In this document: in pieces, positions 22,371 through 29,834 of the stretch | Numbering within the stretch: the first letter of the stretch is position 1 | How the letters are laid out: every line of letters starts with the position of its first letter | The notes under the pieces: model-generated | The model's input: only the letters and a program-made list of their open reading frames with translations | The model's database searches: none | Told to the model about the DNA's origin: nothing | Program-made: the position numbers and the translations under genes | Assembly (NCBI GenBank): GCA_022821935.1 | Contig: JAJECR010000192.1 | Coordinates: 1 to 46,753 of the forward strand | DNA length: 46,753 nucleotides | Source: Candidatus Latescibacterota bacterium | Lineage (GTDB): Bacteria; JAAXHH01 | Direction: 5' to 3'

Positions 22371-23147
22371 ATGCTTAGTGTCGATATACTCGAGGCGGGC
22401 GAAGTTGAGCGCGCTGCCGTGGTATTCCATCGCGACGGATTCGTCTGCGTTGCGAATCCCCTGAGCGAGGAGCAGTTCGCCCTCAACCGTTCCGGCGCCG
22501 AACGCGTGATGGCGGAGCAGGAGGCCGAGTTCGGGCGCGACAAAATGAACCGGGGCTTCGCGCGCCATTCTTTCGGGAGCCAGGTGCACAACTGGGAGTG
22601 GTGCGTCCTGATCGACCTGCCGACGATCCTGCCCATTATCGACGCGATATGGGGGAGCGACGACTTCACCTGCACCGGCGCGGGCGGCGACTACTCCCTG
22701 CCCGGCGCGAAGATCCAGCATCTGCACTCCGATCGGAACGCCGACATCTTCAACGATCCCGAAGCGCGTGTCTCCCACCGGGACGTCCCGGCGCCTTTTG
22801 TCGTAATCAACTTCACCATGGTGGATTTCACCGTGGAAAACGGCGCGATCCGGTTCATTCCCGGCACCCACCGGTCCCATGCGCCGATCCCCTCGCTCGA
22901 GGAGGAGCCGGAGTGGATGCGCAACAACCACCTCTGCGCGCCGGCGAACACGGCCATCATCCGCGACGTGCGTTGCTGGCACGGGGGCACGGCGAACCAC
23001 TCGGACATGAAGCGGCCGATGACGAGCGTGGGCTACCACGCGCCCTGGTTCCGGGCGGTCGAGGAGAAGGTCCTGCCGAGGGAGCATTACGACAGGCTGA
23101 CACCCAGGGGCCAGCGGCTGTGCCGGCATATTGTGAAGATGGAGTAA
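22371..23147 (+). CDS. Phytanoyl-CoA dioxygenase (PhyH)-family Fe(II)/2OG oxygenase
   Basis: 'FHRDGFVCVANPLSEEQ', the HxD motif in 'HLHSDRN', 'IRFIPGTHRSH' and 'CWHGGTANHS'. It starts 3 nt after the enolase-family stop. Confidence 0.8.
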   Translation: MLSVDILEAGEVERAAVVFHRDGFVCVANPLSEEQFALNRSGAERVMAEQEAEFGRDKMNRGFARHSFGSQVHNWEWCVLIDLPTILPIIDAIWGSDDFTCTGAGGDYSLPGAKIQHLHSDRNADIFNDPEARVSHRDVPAPFVVINFTMVDFTVENGAIRFIPGTHRSHAPIPSLEEEPEWMRNNHLCAPANTAIIRDVRCWHGGTANHSDMKRPMTSVGYHAPWFRAVEEKVLPREHYDRLTPRGQRLCRHIVKME

Positions 23148-23177
23148 CCGATGGTTTTATTGATAAACACAGATGAG

Positions 23178-23206
23178 TTGACATATCGTCAGGATACAGA
23201 TATATT
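23178..23206 (+). promoter_or_regulatory. Near-consensus sigma70 promoter for higBA (TTGACA-17 nt-TATATT)
   Basis: TTGACAtatcgtcaggatacagaTATATT. The -10 element ends 14 nt before the higB start. Confidence 0.6.
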
Positions 23207-23220
23207 CACCCTTGGGGTGA

Positions 23221-23523
23221 TTGGTGGAATTAACTTTCAGAACAAACCGACTAAAACGCAATTACGAAGAATCAGCGAGAGCCACAAAGCAGTGGGGTTC
23301 TGATGTCGCGCGAAAGTACATCACTCGTGTAAATGAACTATATGCAGTCAGGGATTTTCAGGAAGCATGCCAAGTTAGATCGATGCGCTTGCATCCATTG
23401 AAAGGATCTGAGAGTGGGAAATGGTCCATTTATCTTACTGGAAGATGGCGCCTCATAATAACAAAGGGAGATACTGAGGACAGTGTATTCATCGAGGAGG
23501 TGAGCAACCATTATGATGACTAG
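23221..23523 (+). CDS. higB: HigB-type (RelE/ParE superfamily, 'plasmid maintenance system killer') toxin
   Basis: 'MRLHPLKGSESGKWSIYLTGRWRLIIT...VFIEEVSNHY' matches the HigB C-terminal pattern (LE.LKGDR.G.WSIRIN.QWRI.F..VEI.DYH). TTG or GTG start. It overlaps the next gene by 11 nt. G+C is clearly low. Confidence 0.8.
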   Translation: MVELTFRTNRLKRNYEESARATKQWGSDVARKYITRVNELYAVRDFQEACQVRSMRLHPLKGSESGKWSIYLTGRWRLIITKGDTEDSVFIEEVSNHYDD

Positions 23524-24661
23524 TGTATCGCGCATTTCTTCGGACCTGCCGATTCCGCCCGGTGAAGTATTGGCCGAGGAAATCGAGGCCAGAGGAATGA
23601 CACAACTAGAACTCGCGAGAAGGATCGGCAGGCCCGTACAAGTAATAAACGAAATCGTCAGAGCAAAGAAGGCAATCACTCCTGACACTGCTATTGAATT
23701 GGGAAACGTCTTCGGAATGTCTGCTCGGTTCTGGATGAATCTCGAGAGCGAATATCGCATGACATTAGCGAGAAATAGAAAAAGTAAAGAACTTGAAGCC
23801 AACGTTAAATGGCTGGATGAATATCCGGTAAAAACGATGATCAGGCGTGGCTGGATGGAAAAGGGATTGGAAAGGACCGAGAAACTGCAAGCACTGCTGT
23901 ACTTTCTTGAAGTCGCCGTCCCGGAACCACGGGCCTATCAGCAGGCCATCGGGTTTCAGGTGCCGGAGACTGTAAGTAATCGCGTTTCGCCTGGCGCACT
24001 TTCAGTATGGCTTCGGATGGGCGAACTCGCAGCTCGTTCTGTCGAGACTGCCGATTTCAATGCGGTTGTATTTCGCAACGTGCTCACCACGATCAGAAAA
24101 TACACTAAAGATCAGCCAGTGGAATTTCTACCCAAGATGTCTAAAGTCTGCGCTGAAGCAGGCGTCGCTTTCAACATGGTGAAGGAATTGCCAAAGAGCG
24201 GAGCGATTGCCGCGACCAGGTGGCTAAGTGAGCACAAAGCAACGATACAAATGAGTCTTAAGCAAGAGCGGGCTGACAGCTTCTGGTATACCTTCTATCG
24301 TGAAGCGAGCCACCTTCTCAAGCACCGAAAGCGACATAGGATCGTCATCGAGGGTCTTGCGAAGGAGTTGGAAAACTCGGACACCGATGTGGAAGCTGAA
24401 GAGTACACGAGGAATTTACTCATCGCCCAGGAGAACTGGCGAGAATTCTGTGGGGAAGGCCGTTTTGACTCCGGTCGGGTCAGCGAATTCGCAAGGTCGA
24501 TTGAAATAGCCCCATTCATTGTTGTTGGTAGATTGCAGAGCGAAGGACGAATTGGCTCTCACGAACTCAAGTCGCTGAAACGGCGATACAGTTGGAAGCA
24601 AAACCACGCGGCCACTCCCCTTTCGGCCAGTACGTTTTTCCAGAGGACGCCACCAGAATGA
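23513..24661 (+). CDS. higA: HigA-type HTH (XRE) antitoxin domain fused to a ~290-aa ImmA/IrrE (M78)-like domain with a degenerate zinc motif
   Basis: The N-terminus 'PPGEVLAEEIEARGMTQLELARRIGRPVQVINEIVRAKKAITPDTAIELGNVFGMSARFWMNLESEY' is the HigA signature. The C-terminal region contains 'FWYTFYREASHLLKH', which aligns to the M78 motif F.LAHELGHLLLH with the first His replaced by Arg. Confidence 0.8.
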   Translation: MMTSVSRISSDLPIPPGEVLAEEIEARGMTQLELARRIGRPVQVINEIVRAKKAITPDTAIELGNVFGMSARFWMNLESEYRMTLARNRKSKELEANVKWLDEYPVKTMIRRGWMEKGLERTEKLQALLYFLEVAVPEPRAYQQAIGFQVPETVSNRVSPGALSVWLRMGELAARSVETADFNAVVFRNVLTTIRKYTKDQPVEFLPKMSKVCAEAGVAFNMVKELPKSGAIAATRWLSEHKATIQMSLKQERADSFWYTFYREASHLLKHRKRHRIVIEGLAKELENSDTDVEAEEYTRNLLIAQENWREFCGEGRFDSGRVSEFARSIEIAPFIVVGRLQSEGRIGSHELKSLKRRYSWKQNHAATPLSASTFFQRTPPE

Positions 24662-24674
24662 CTACCCAGGGCAG

Positions 24675-24881
24675 TTGATCTATGCCGTGGAAATTGATAA
24701 GTACATTCACCTCGTGCCATTCGTGATGCAGGCCGACGGTACTCGCTTTCTGAAGACGATCATCCCTAGCCGTAAGTCAACGAGAGATTACAAAAGGAGG
24801 CGAATACACAGATTGTGCAATTCATCCAGGTGCGCCCGCCCTCATTCGACAATCAACACCCCATCTCAATTACTAATTTAG
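24675..24881 (+). pseudogene. Possible 3' fragment of a BrnT-like small toxin gene
   Basis: 'YIHLVPFVMQADGTRFLKTIIPSRKSTRDY' loosely fits the BrnT C-terminus (hhVVhT.R...IRIISARKAT..E..Y). There is no ATG, and the frame opens only at 24579, inside the higA 3' end. The N-terminal half of such a protein is absent. Confidence 0.25.
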
Positions 24882-24931
24882 GATTAGTTAGTAATAGATT
24901 AGTAGTTCTCAAAAGTTTTAATGTACAATGG

Positions 24932-25192
24932 CAGTTGGAGTCTCTGGCGCAGAACCTCGATGCCTTCAACCATCGACAGAGAGACCTACTCAGTCACGCA
25001 ATGAGACATCCTCGTCATCAGTACACGATCAAAGCACACCAGACATTGCACGACGTCGTGTACGAAACGGCCAGGACGGATCTGCTGGAATTGCAACGGC
25101 TCGGATTTTTTTTGTTAGAAAAACGGGGCAGGAAGTGGGTCTTCACCGCGCCGGAGGATCTGGAGGCGAGGCTTGCGGGGGCGCATCATTAG
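24932..25192 (+). pseudogene. C-terminal (winged-helix) fragment of a Fic-family protein gene; the catalytic Fic domain is missing
   Basis: 'NHRQRDLLSHAMRHPRHQYTIKAHQTLHDVVYETARTDLLELQRLGFFLLEKRGRKWVFTAPEDLEARL' matches the conserved C-terminal module of ~370-aa Fic proteins. No HPFxxGNGR motif is found upstream in any frame. Confidence 0.55.
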
Positions 25193-25349
25193 GCTTGTAA
25201 ATGGGAAGTTCTGAAGAGTGGAGCCTACTATGGTGCTCTAACTGCCGGAACGAGTTCCTAGCTCTGTAAAGCACGCTTTCCGTTCCGACCAACCCGACGG
25301 ACTAGATTGATCGGAACGAAGATTCGTGCATCCTCCAACCCCCAACCCC

Positions 25350-26195
25350 CTACCGCTCCCACGTCCTCTTTTTGTCATCCGCGCACGTAATGGTCAGCGC
25401 GGGTCCCAGCTTGTCAATGCTAAGCCGCAGACTGTCGCCGTCCTGCACGGGACTTAGGGCGTAGTGGTGCGTGCCCGTTGAGACGACGTCGCCGGGCTCG
25501 AGGGTGACCACGGCGGTCACTTCGGCCAGAAGTTCGGGGATGTGGCGCGCCATTTCGCCGGAGGAGAAATCGTGCTTGAGGTTGTCGTTGATCCACATCT
25601 TCGCGGGCAGGTCGTTGGCGTCGCCCACCTCGTCGGCCGTGACCAGCGCCGGTCCCATGGGACCGAAGGTGTGCCAGCTCTTGCCGAGGAAGAAGCCGCC
25701 GGGCAGTCCGCGGGCCGAGACGTCGATGAACTGAGTGTAACCGAAGATGTGGTCCAGGGCTTCGTTCTCGCTGAGCTTGCTGGCCCGTTTCCCGATCACG
25801 ATAGCGAGTTCGGGTTCGAAGTGGAAGACCGAGGCGTCCGTGTCGGGCAGTTCCACGACCGCGTCCTGCCCCATGACGGAGGTGTTGGATTTCAGGAAGG
25901 CGTTGAAGGTCTCCTTGGTCGGATGATCCGGCTCGATGTAATTCCCGGCGAGGCAGAGCAGCTGTCCCGGACGCGGCAACGGGGCGCGCAGATTCACCGC
26001 GGACAGTGGCGTGCCGGACTGGCCCCGCGCGGCATCGGCGATGCGGCCGCCATAGGTATCCCAGCCGGCGATGACCGCTTCGATCTGAGCCTGTGGACCG
26101 GACGATCCGGTATCCGACACCGCGGCTGAAACGTCGATGATCGCGTCGTTCTCGATGACGCCCAGGGTGTAATCATTGTAGAATGCCAGTTTCAC
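25350..26195 (-). CDS. Fumarylacetoacetate hydrolase (FAH)-family hydrolase/decarboxylase/isomerase
   Basis: 'FHFEPELAIVIGK', 'IFGYTQFIDVSARG', 'GKSWHTFGPMGP' and 'LEPGDVVSTGT'. I chose the GTG at 26195, preceded by GGGAGG at 6 nt (VKLAFYNDY...). The track's 46-codon N-terminal extension just reads through 15-bp repeats. Confidence 0.85.
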   Translation of the reverse strand: MKLAFYNDYTLGVIENDAIIDVSAAVSDTGSSGPQAQIEAVIAGWDTYGGRIADAARGQSGTPLSAVNLRAPLPRPGQLLCLAGNYIEPDHPTKETFNAFLKSNTSVMGQDAVVELPDTDASVFHFEPELAIVIGKRASKLSENEALDHIFGYTQFIDVSARGLPGGFFLGKSWHTFGPMGPALVTADEVGDANDLPAKMWINDNLKHDFSSGEMARHIPELLAEVTAVVTLEPGDVVSTGTHHYALSPVQDGDSLRLSIDKLGPALTITCADDKKRTWER

Positions 26196-26243
26196 GTAAG
26201 CCTCCCGTCTTCGGTTGACGCCTCTACCCAACTTACAGGCGTT

Positions 26244-26288
26244 TTGGTCTGGAAATAGTTGGTCTAGAAATGGTTGATCTGAAAATGG
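26244..26288. repeat. Three contiguous 15-bp direct repeats, TTGGTCTGGAAATAG / TTGGTCTAGAAATGG / TTGATCTGAAAATGG
   Basis: Read directly. They lie 49-93 nt upstream of the FAH-family GTG start, which is on the minus strand. Confidence 0.9.
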
Positions 26289-26423
26289 ACGGTTTAATAT
26301 AACGGGACGCGGTAACCCGTCAACCGCAATCATTCAGGTTGAGCGGATAGCCCTAATCGGATGCCGATCGCCCGGGATCGAAACGCTTGCTCCTTCAAAC
26401 ACTCCCGTTCAAAACACTCCCCA

Positions 26424-29400
26424 TCAAAACGTATACCGCACACCCATCTGCACCTGCCAGCGGGAGGAGAGGTTGGTGGTCTGAAACACGTCCTCGCGCT
26501 CGACTTTCCCGTCTTCGTTGGCGTCCCGGACCCGGAGGTCCATGTCCGGCCTGCCCTGCTCGTCATACCCGTCGAAATTGAACAGGCCCACGGCGTCGAA
26601 TCGCACGAAGCGGCTCTGGCCCCAATCGCTGTTGATCAGGTTGGCCAGGTTCAGGACGTCCAGCGTCAGTTCGAAACGGTGGTTACGTATCGACGGCAGT
26701 TGCTGGATCAGGCGCAGGTCCAGCCGGTTCCGCCACGGCGACCGGGTCGCGTTGCGCCGGACGATGCCGCCCCGGGCCGCGTTCAGCGTGGGATCGGATC
26801 CGATGAAGACGTCGATAGCCTGCCACTCGTCGTCGGTGACCTCCGCGCTCACCTCGCTCCTGCCTGCCGGGACGTAGGCGAGGTCGTTGCCCCGGATCCC
26901 GTCGCCGTTCACGTCGTCGGCGTACATGTAGCTATACGGATCGCCCGCGCTGCCTTCGTAGAAAACGGATACGGTCGTGGCGAGTCCCCGTTCGAACTCG
27001 AACTTCCACGACCCGCTGGCCAGGATCCGGTGCCGGACCTCGAAATCGGACGTGGCGGTCGTCTCGCCGTTGGGGTCGTCGGTCTCGTTGTACTGCCAGT
27101 TGGAGATGGCGCGGCTGGACCTCCCGCTGTTGATGTCCTCGGCGTCCTGGAATACGTAGGCGACGCTGCCGAAGAGCCCGGGCAGAAAAGAAGTGTTCTC
27201 TCCCTTGCGCAGCCGCAGCGTCAGGTTGAACTGGCGGCCCTTGTCCGTGTTCTCCAGGAGGATGACGTTGGTGAAATCCCCGCTGACCTTCCTGCCGCCG
27301 TAGTCGGGCCGTCCGTCCGGGGTCGTACCCGTCGAATGGCCGTCGTTCCCGATGTTGAGGTTGCGGAAACGGACCTCGTCCAGGTTCCGGGCCAGCAGGA
27401 CTTCCACGGTGCCGACCAGGTCCAGGGGCAGCCGGCGGTCGAGGGCGAGGTTGGCACGGAAGACCCGGGGCAGCCTGAAATCCGGATCGATGACGTTCAC
27501 TTCCGTGGTCTGGGGCGTGGTGAGACTGGCACCCATTGGAAGCGGTTGCGAGAAGGGGTCCGCAACGAACGCCGGGACGTCCTGGTCCCGGAAGGTCGCA
27601 AGGTCGATGCGCGCGAAGTCCACCCCGGTGTTGCTGTAGGCGTTGGAGAGCCAGACGGCCGGAGGCAGCCCCGCGAAGACGCCGGCGCCGCCGCGTACCT
27701 GCGTCGATCGATCTCCTCCGGCGTCGAGATTGAAACCGAAGCGGGGAGACCAGAGGATTTGTCCGCCCGGAGTCCGGTCCGTCCGGTGGCCGGCGAACTG
27801 GCGGGCGAAACGGTCGTTGGCCAGGGGCTTGTCCGGCAGGACCGGCACGTCGGCTCGCAATCCGAAGTTCAGGCTGAGCCGCGGACTGATCCGCCAATTG
27901 TCCTGGGCGTAGAACCCCATCTGGGCGTAATCCCACGCCGCGCGGGGCTGTTCGACGCCGGGTACTCTGGAGAGACTCAGGAGGTAGCGGGCCGGCGTGC
28001 CTTGTTCAAAATCCTCGATGCTGTCGAACTCATAGGCGCCGTAGTAGTCCTGGATGAACAGGTTGTCGAAGGAGATGAACTCGTTGTGCGTGCCGATCGT
28101 AATGGTGTGGTCCGCCTTGAAAAGGTGGAGATCATTGGTGAATTCGAAGGTGTCCTGGTCCAGGGTGTTGGCCTGGGAAAACCGCTCCACGCCGAGACGG
28201 ACCTCTCCAAGGAACGCGCCGCCCGGCTCCTCGAGGTCTATACTGACCTGGGGGAAGGAAGCGGAAAGCGGCGACCGGCGGTCGCGTACGCGGCTGTAGG
28301 ATAACCGCGCTTCATTGGCGAGGCTGGCGGAGAAGGTGCTGTTGAGCTGCACGACCGAAGACTGGGTGACGTTGTCGCGTTTGAACTGGTTGCTGGTAAG
28401 GGTGAAGAGGGTGCGGCCGCGGCCCAGCCCGTCGTCCCGGTCTCCGGTTACGTAGTTATGGCGCAGTGTGAGCCTGTGCCCGGGCGACAGGTTGACGTCC
28501 AGCCGCCCGAAGAACTTCTCGTTCCGCGTATCCTGCGAGAATGGGTCGAATCCCCCGGCGTCGTAGCCGTACTTTTCGCGGGCGATGTCCACGATACGCT
28601 GCAGGTCCGCTGATCCCGCCCCGAAACGGATGGGCAGCCCCGAATCCGCCGGTCCCGCGCTAGAAGGACTCGAACGCCTCCGCAGTTCTCCGTTGATGAA
28701 GAAGAAGGCCCGGTTCCTGGCCACCGGACCGCCGAGTCTGAATCCGAGCTGGTAGTCGGTGAAATCCCCGAATTCGTCTCCGTCCAGGTCGCCCACCAGG
28801 GATTCGTTGCGGCCGAACCAGTACAGGGAACCCAGGTACCGGTTCGTTCCGCTGCGGGTCACCGCGTTGATGAGCCCGCCGGCGAAACCCCCGGAACGGA
28901 CGTCAAATGGCGCGACCTGCACCTGGAACTCCTCGATGGCGTCCAGGCTGATCGGCTGGGCGTTCACCTGTCCCGTGGGCAGGCCCTCGCCCGTGAGGCC
29001 GAAGGCGTCGTTCAGAACAGCGCCGTCCACCTGGAAGTTGTTCAGGCGGTTGTTCTTGCCCGCGATGCTCTGACCGCCCGCCTTCGCCGCCGCTTCGGGC
29101 GCCAGCCGCGTGTAGTCCTGTATACTCCGCGCGATAGAGGGCAGCCGGGCGATCTCGGTCGACGAAACGTGGGTCTCGGTACCGGTGTTCGACGCATTGA
29201 GCACCTCGTCCCTGTGGGCCGTGACAGTGATTTCCCCGGCCTCAATGACGTCCCTGCGCAGCCGGAATTCGGTACGCAGGTGTTGTCCCATGGTGAGCGA
29301 AACGCCCTGCCGGACGGCGGTGCGGTAGCCGATGTAGCTCACCCTGATCTCGTAGGGCCCGCCGGTCCTGAGTCCTGCGATGTTGTACCTTCCGTCATCA

Positions 29401-29585
29401 CGGGAGAATACGCCGGAGGAGACCCCCGTGGGTCCGTGCAGGGCGATCACGGTGGCGTTCGGGAGCGGGCGCCCGGTATCGTCCAGGACCTGTCCGCTGA
29501 GCGTCGCCGTGGTCACGCCCTGGGCGTGGACCAGGGAGGATAGAAAAAGGACGAAGGCCGGAACGGATAGGCGAAGTGTTCGCAT
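26424..29585 (-). CDS. TonB-dependent outer-membrane receptor with N-terminal carboxypeptidase-regulatory-like domain
   Basis: 1053 aa. Signal peptide is MRTLRLSVPAFVLFLSSLVHAQG. 'TLSGQVLDDTGRPLPNATV...GRYNIAGLRTGGPYEIRVSYIGY' is the CarboxypepD_reg-like domain. A plug region follows, and the C-terminus ends in the beta-barrel signature ...GVRYTF. Confidence 0.9.
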   Translation of the reverse strand: MRTLRLSVPAFVLFLSSLVHAQGVTTATLSGQVLDDTGRPLPNATVIALHGPTGVSSGVFSRDDGRYNIAGLRTGGPYEIRVSYIGYRTAVRQGVSLTMGQHLRTEFRLRRDVIEAGEITVTAHRDEVLNASNTGTETHVSSTEIARLPSIARSIQDYTRLAPEAAAKAGGQSIAGKNNRLNNFQVDGAVLNDAFGLTGEGLPTGQVNAQPISLDAIEEFQVQVAPFDVRSGGFAGGLINAVTRSGTNRYLGSLYWFGRNESLVGDLDGDEFGDFTDYQLGFRLGGPVARNRAFFFINGELRRRSSPSSAGPADSGLPIRFGAGSADLQRIVDIAREKYGYDAGGFDPFSQDTRNEKFFGRLDVNLSPGHRLTLRHNYVTGDRDDGLGRGRTLFTLTSNQFKRDNVTQSSVVQLNSTFSASLANEARLSYSRVRDRRSPLSASFPQVSIDLEEPGGAFLGEVRLGVERFSQANTLDQDTFEFTNDLHLFKADHTITIGTHNEFISFDNLFIQDYYGAYEFDSIEDFEQGTPARYLLSLSRVPGVEQPRAAWDYAQMGFYAQDNWRISPRLSLNFGLRADVPVLPDKPLANDRFARQFAGHRTDRTPGGQILWSPRFGFNLDAGGDRSTQVRGGAGVFAGLPPAVWLSNAYSNTGVDFARIDLATFRDQDVPAFVADPFSQPLPMGASLTTPQTTEVNVIDPDFRLPRVFRANLALDRRLPLDLVGTVEVLLARNLDEVRFRNLNIGNDGHSTGTTPDGRPDYGGRKVSGDFTNVILLENTDKGRQFNLTLRLRKGENTSFLPGLFGSVAYVFQDAEDINSGRSSRAISNWQYNETDDPNGETTATSDFEVRHRILASGSWKFEFERGLATTVSVFYEGSAGDPYSYMYADDVNGDGIRGNDLAYVPAGRSEVSAEVTDDEWQAIDVFIGSDPTLNAARGGIVRRNATRSPWRNRLDLRLIQQLPSIRNHRFELTLDVLNLANLINSDWGQSRFVRFDAVGLFNFDGYDEQGRPDMDLRVRDANEDGKVEREDVFQTTNLSSRWQVQMGVRYTF

Positions 29586-29614
29586 GAACGGTTCCCCACG
29601 TTTTCGATAAATCG

Positions 29615-29644
29615 TTGCACAATGGGCCGGGCGTCGAATATAAT
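29615..29644 (+). promoter_or_regulatory. Candidate sigma70 promoter (TTGCAC-18 nt-TATAAT) ~190 nt upstream of the UxuA-like gene
   Basis: TTGCACaatgggccgggcgtcgaaTATAAT, read directly. The implied leader is long. Confidence 0.35.
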
Positions 29645-29834
29645 ACCCCAGAAGTTCAATTCCGTCACGGAACTTTGATCACCATTCGTTTAGCAGGCCT
29701 GGCAGGCAGGACTCGTTCGCACGGCAGTCTGTGCGGACAGAACCTTCAATGCAGCCCGTCGCGACTACAGTTCCCACCGCGGCTATGGTCCTCACCGAGG
29801 CTATACCCGCTACAAACAACCGAAGGAGTGCGCC

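Noticed and set aside
26361-28304. 647-aa plus-strand ORF inside the TonB-receptor locus
   Set aside because: It is antisense to a 1053-aa receptor that has a signal peptide, CarboxypepD_reg domain, plug and terminal ...YTF. The + strand product is low-complexity (V/G/R/P/A-rich).
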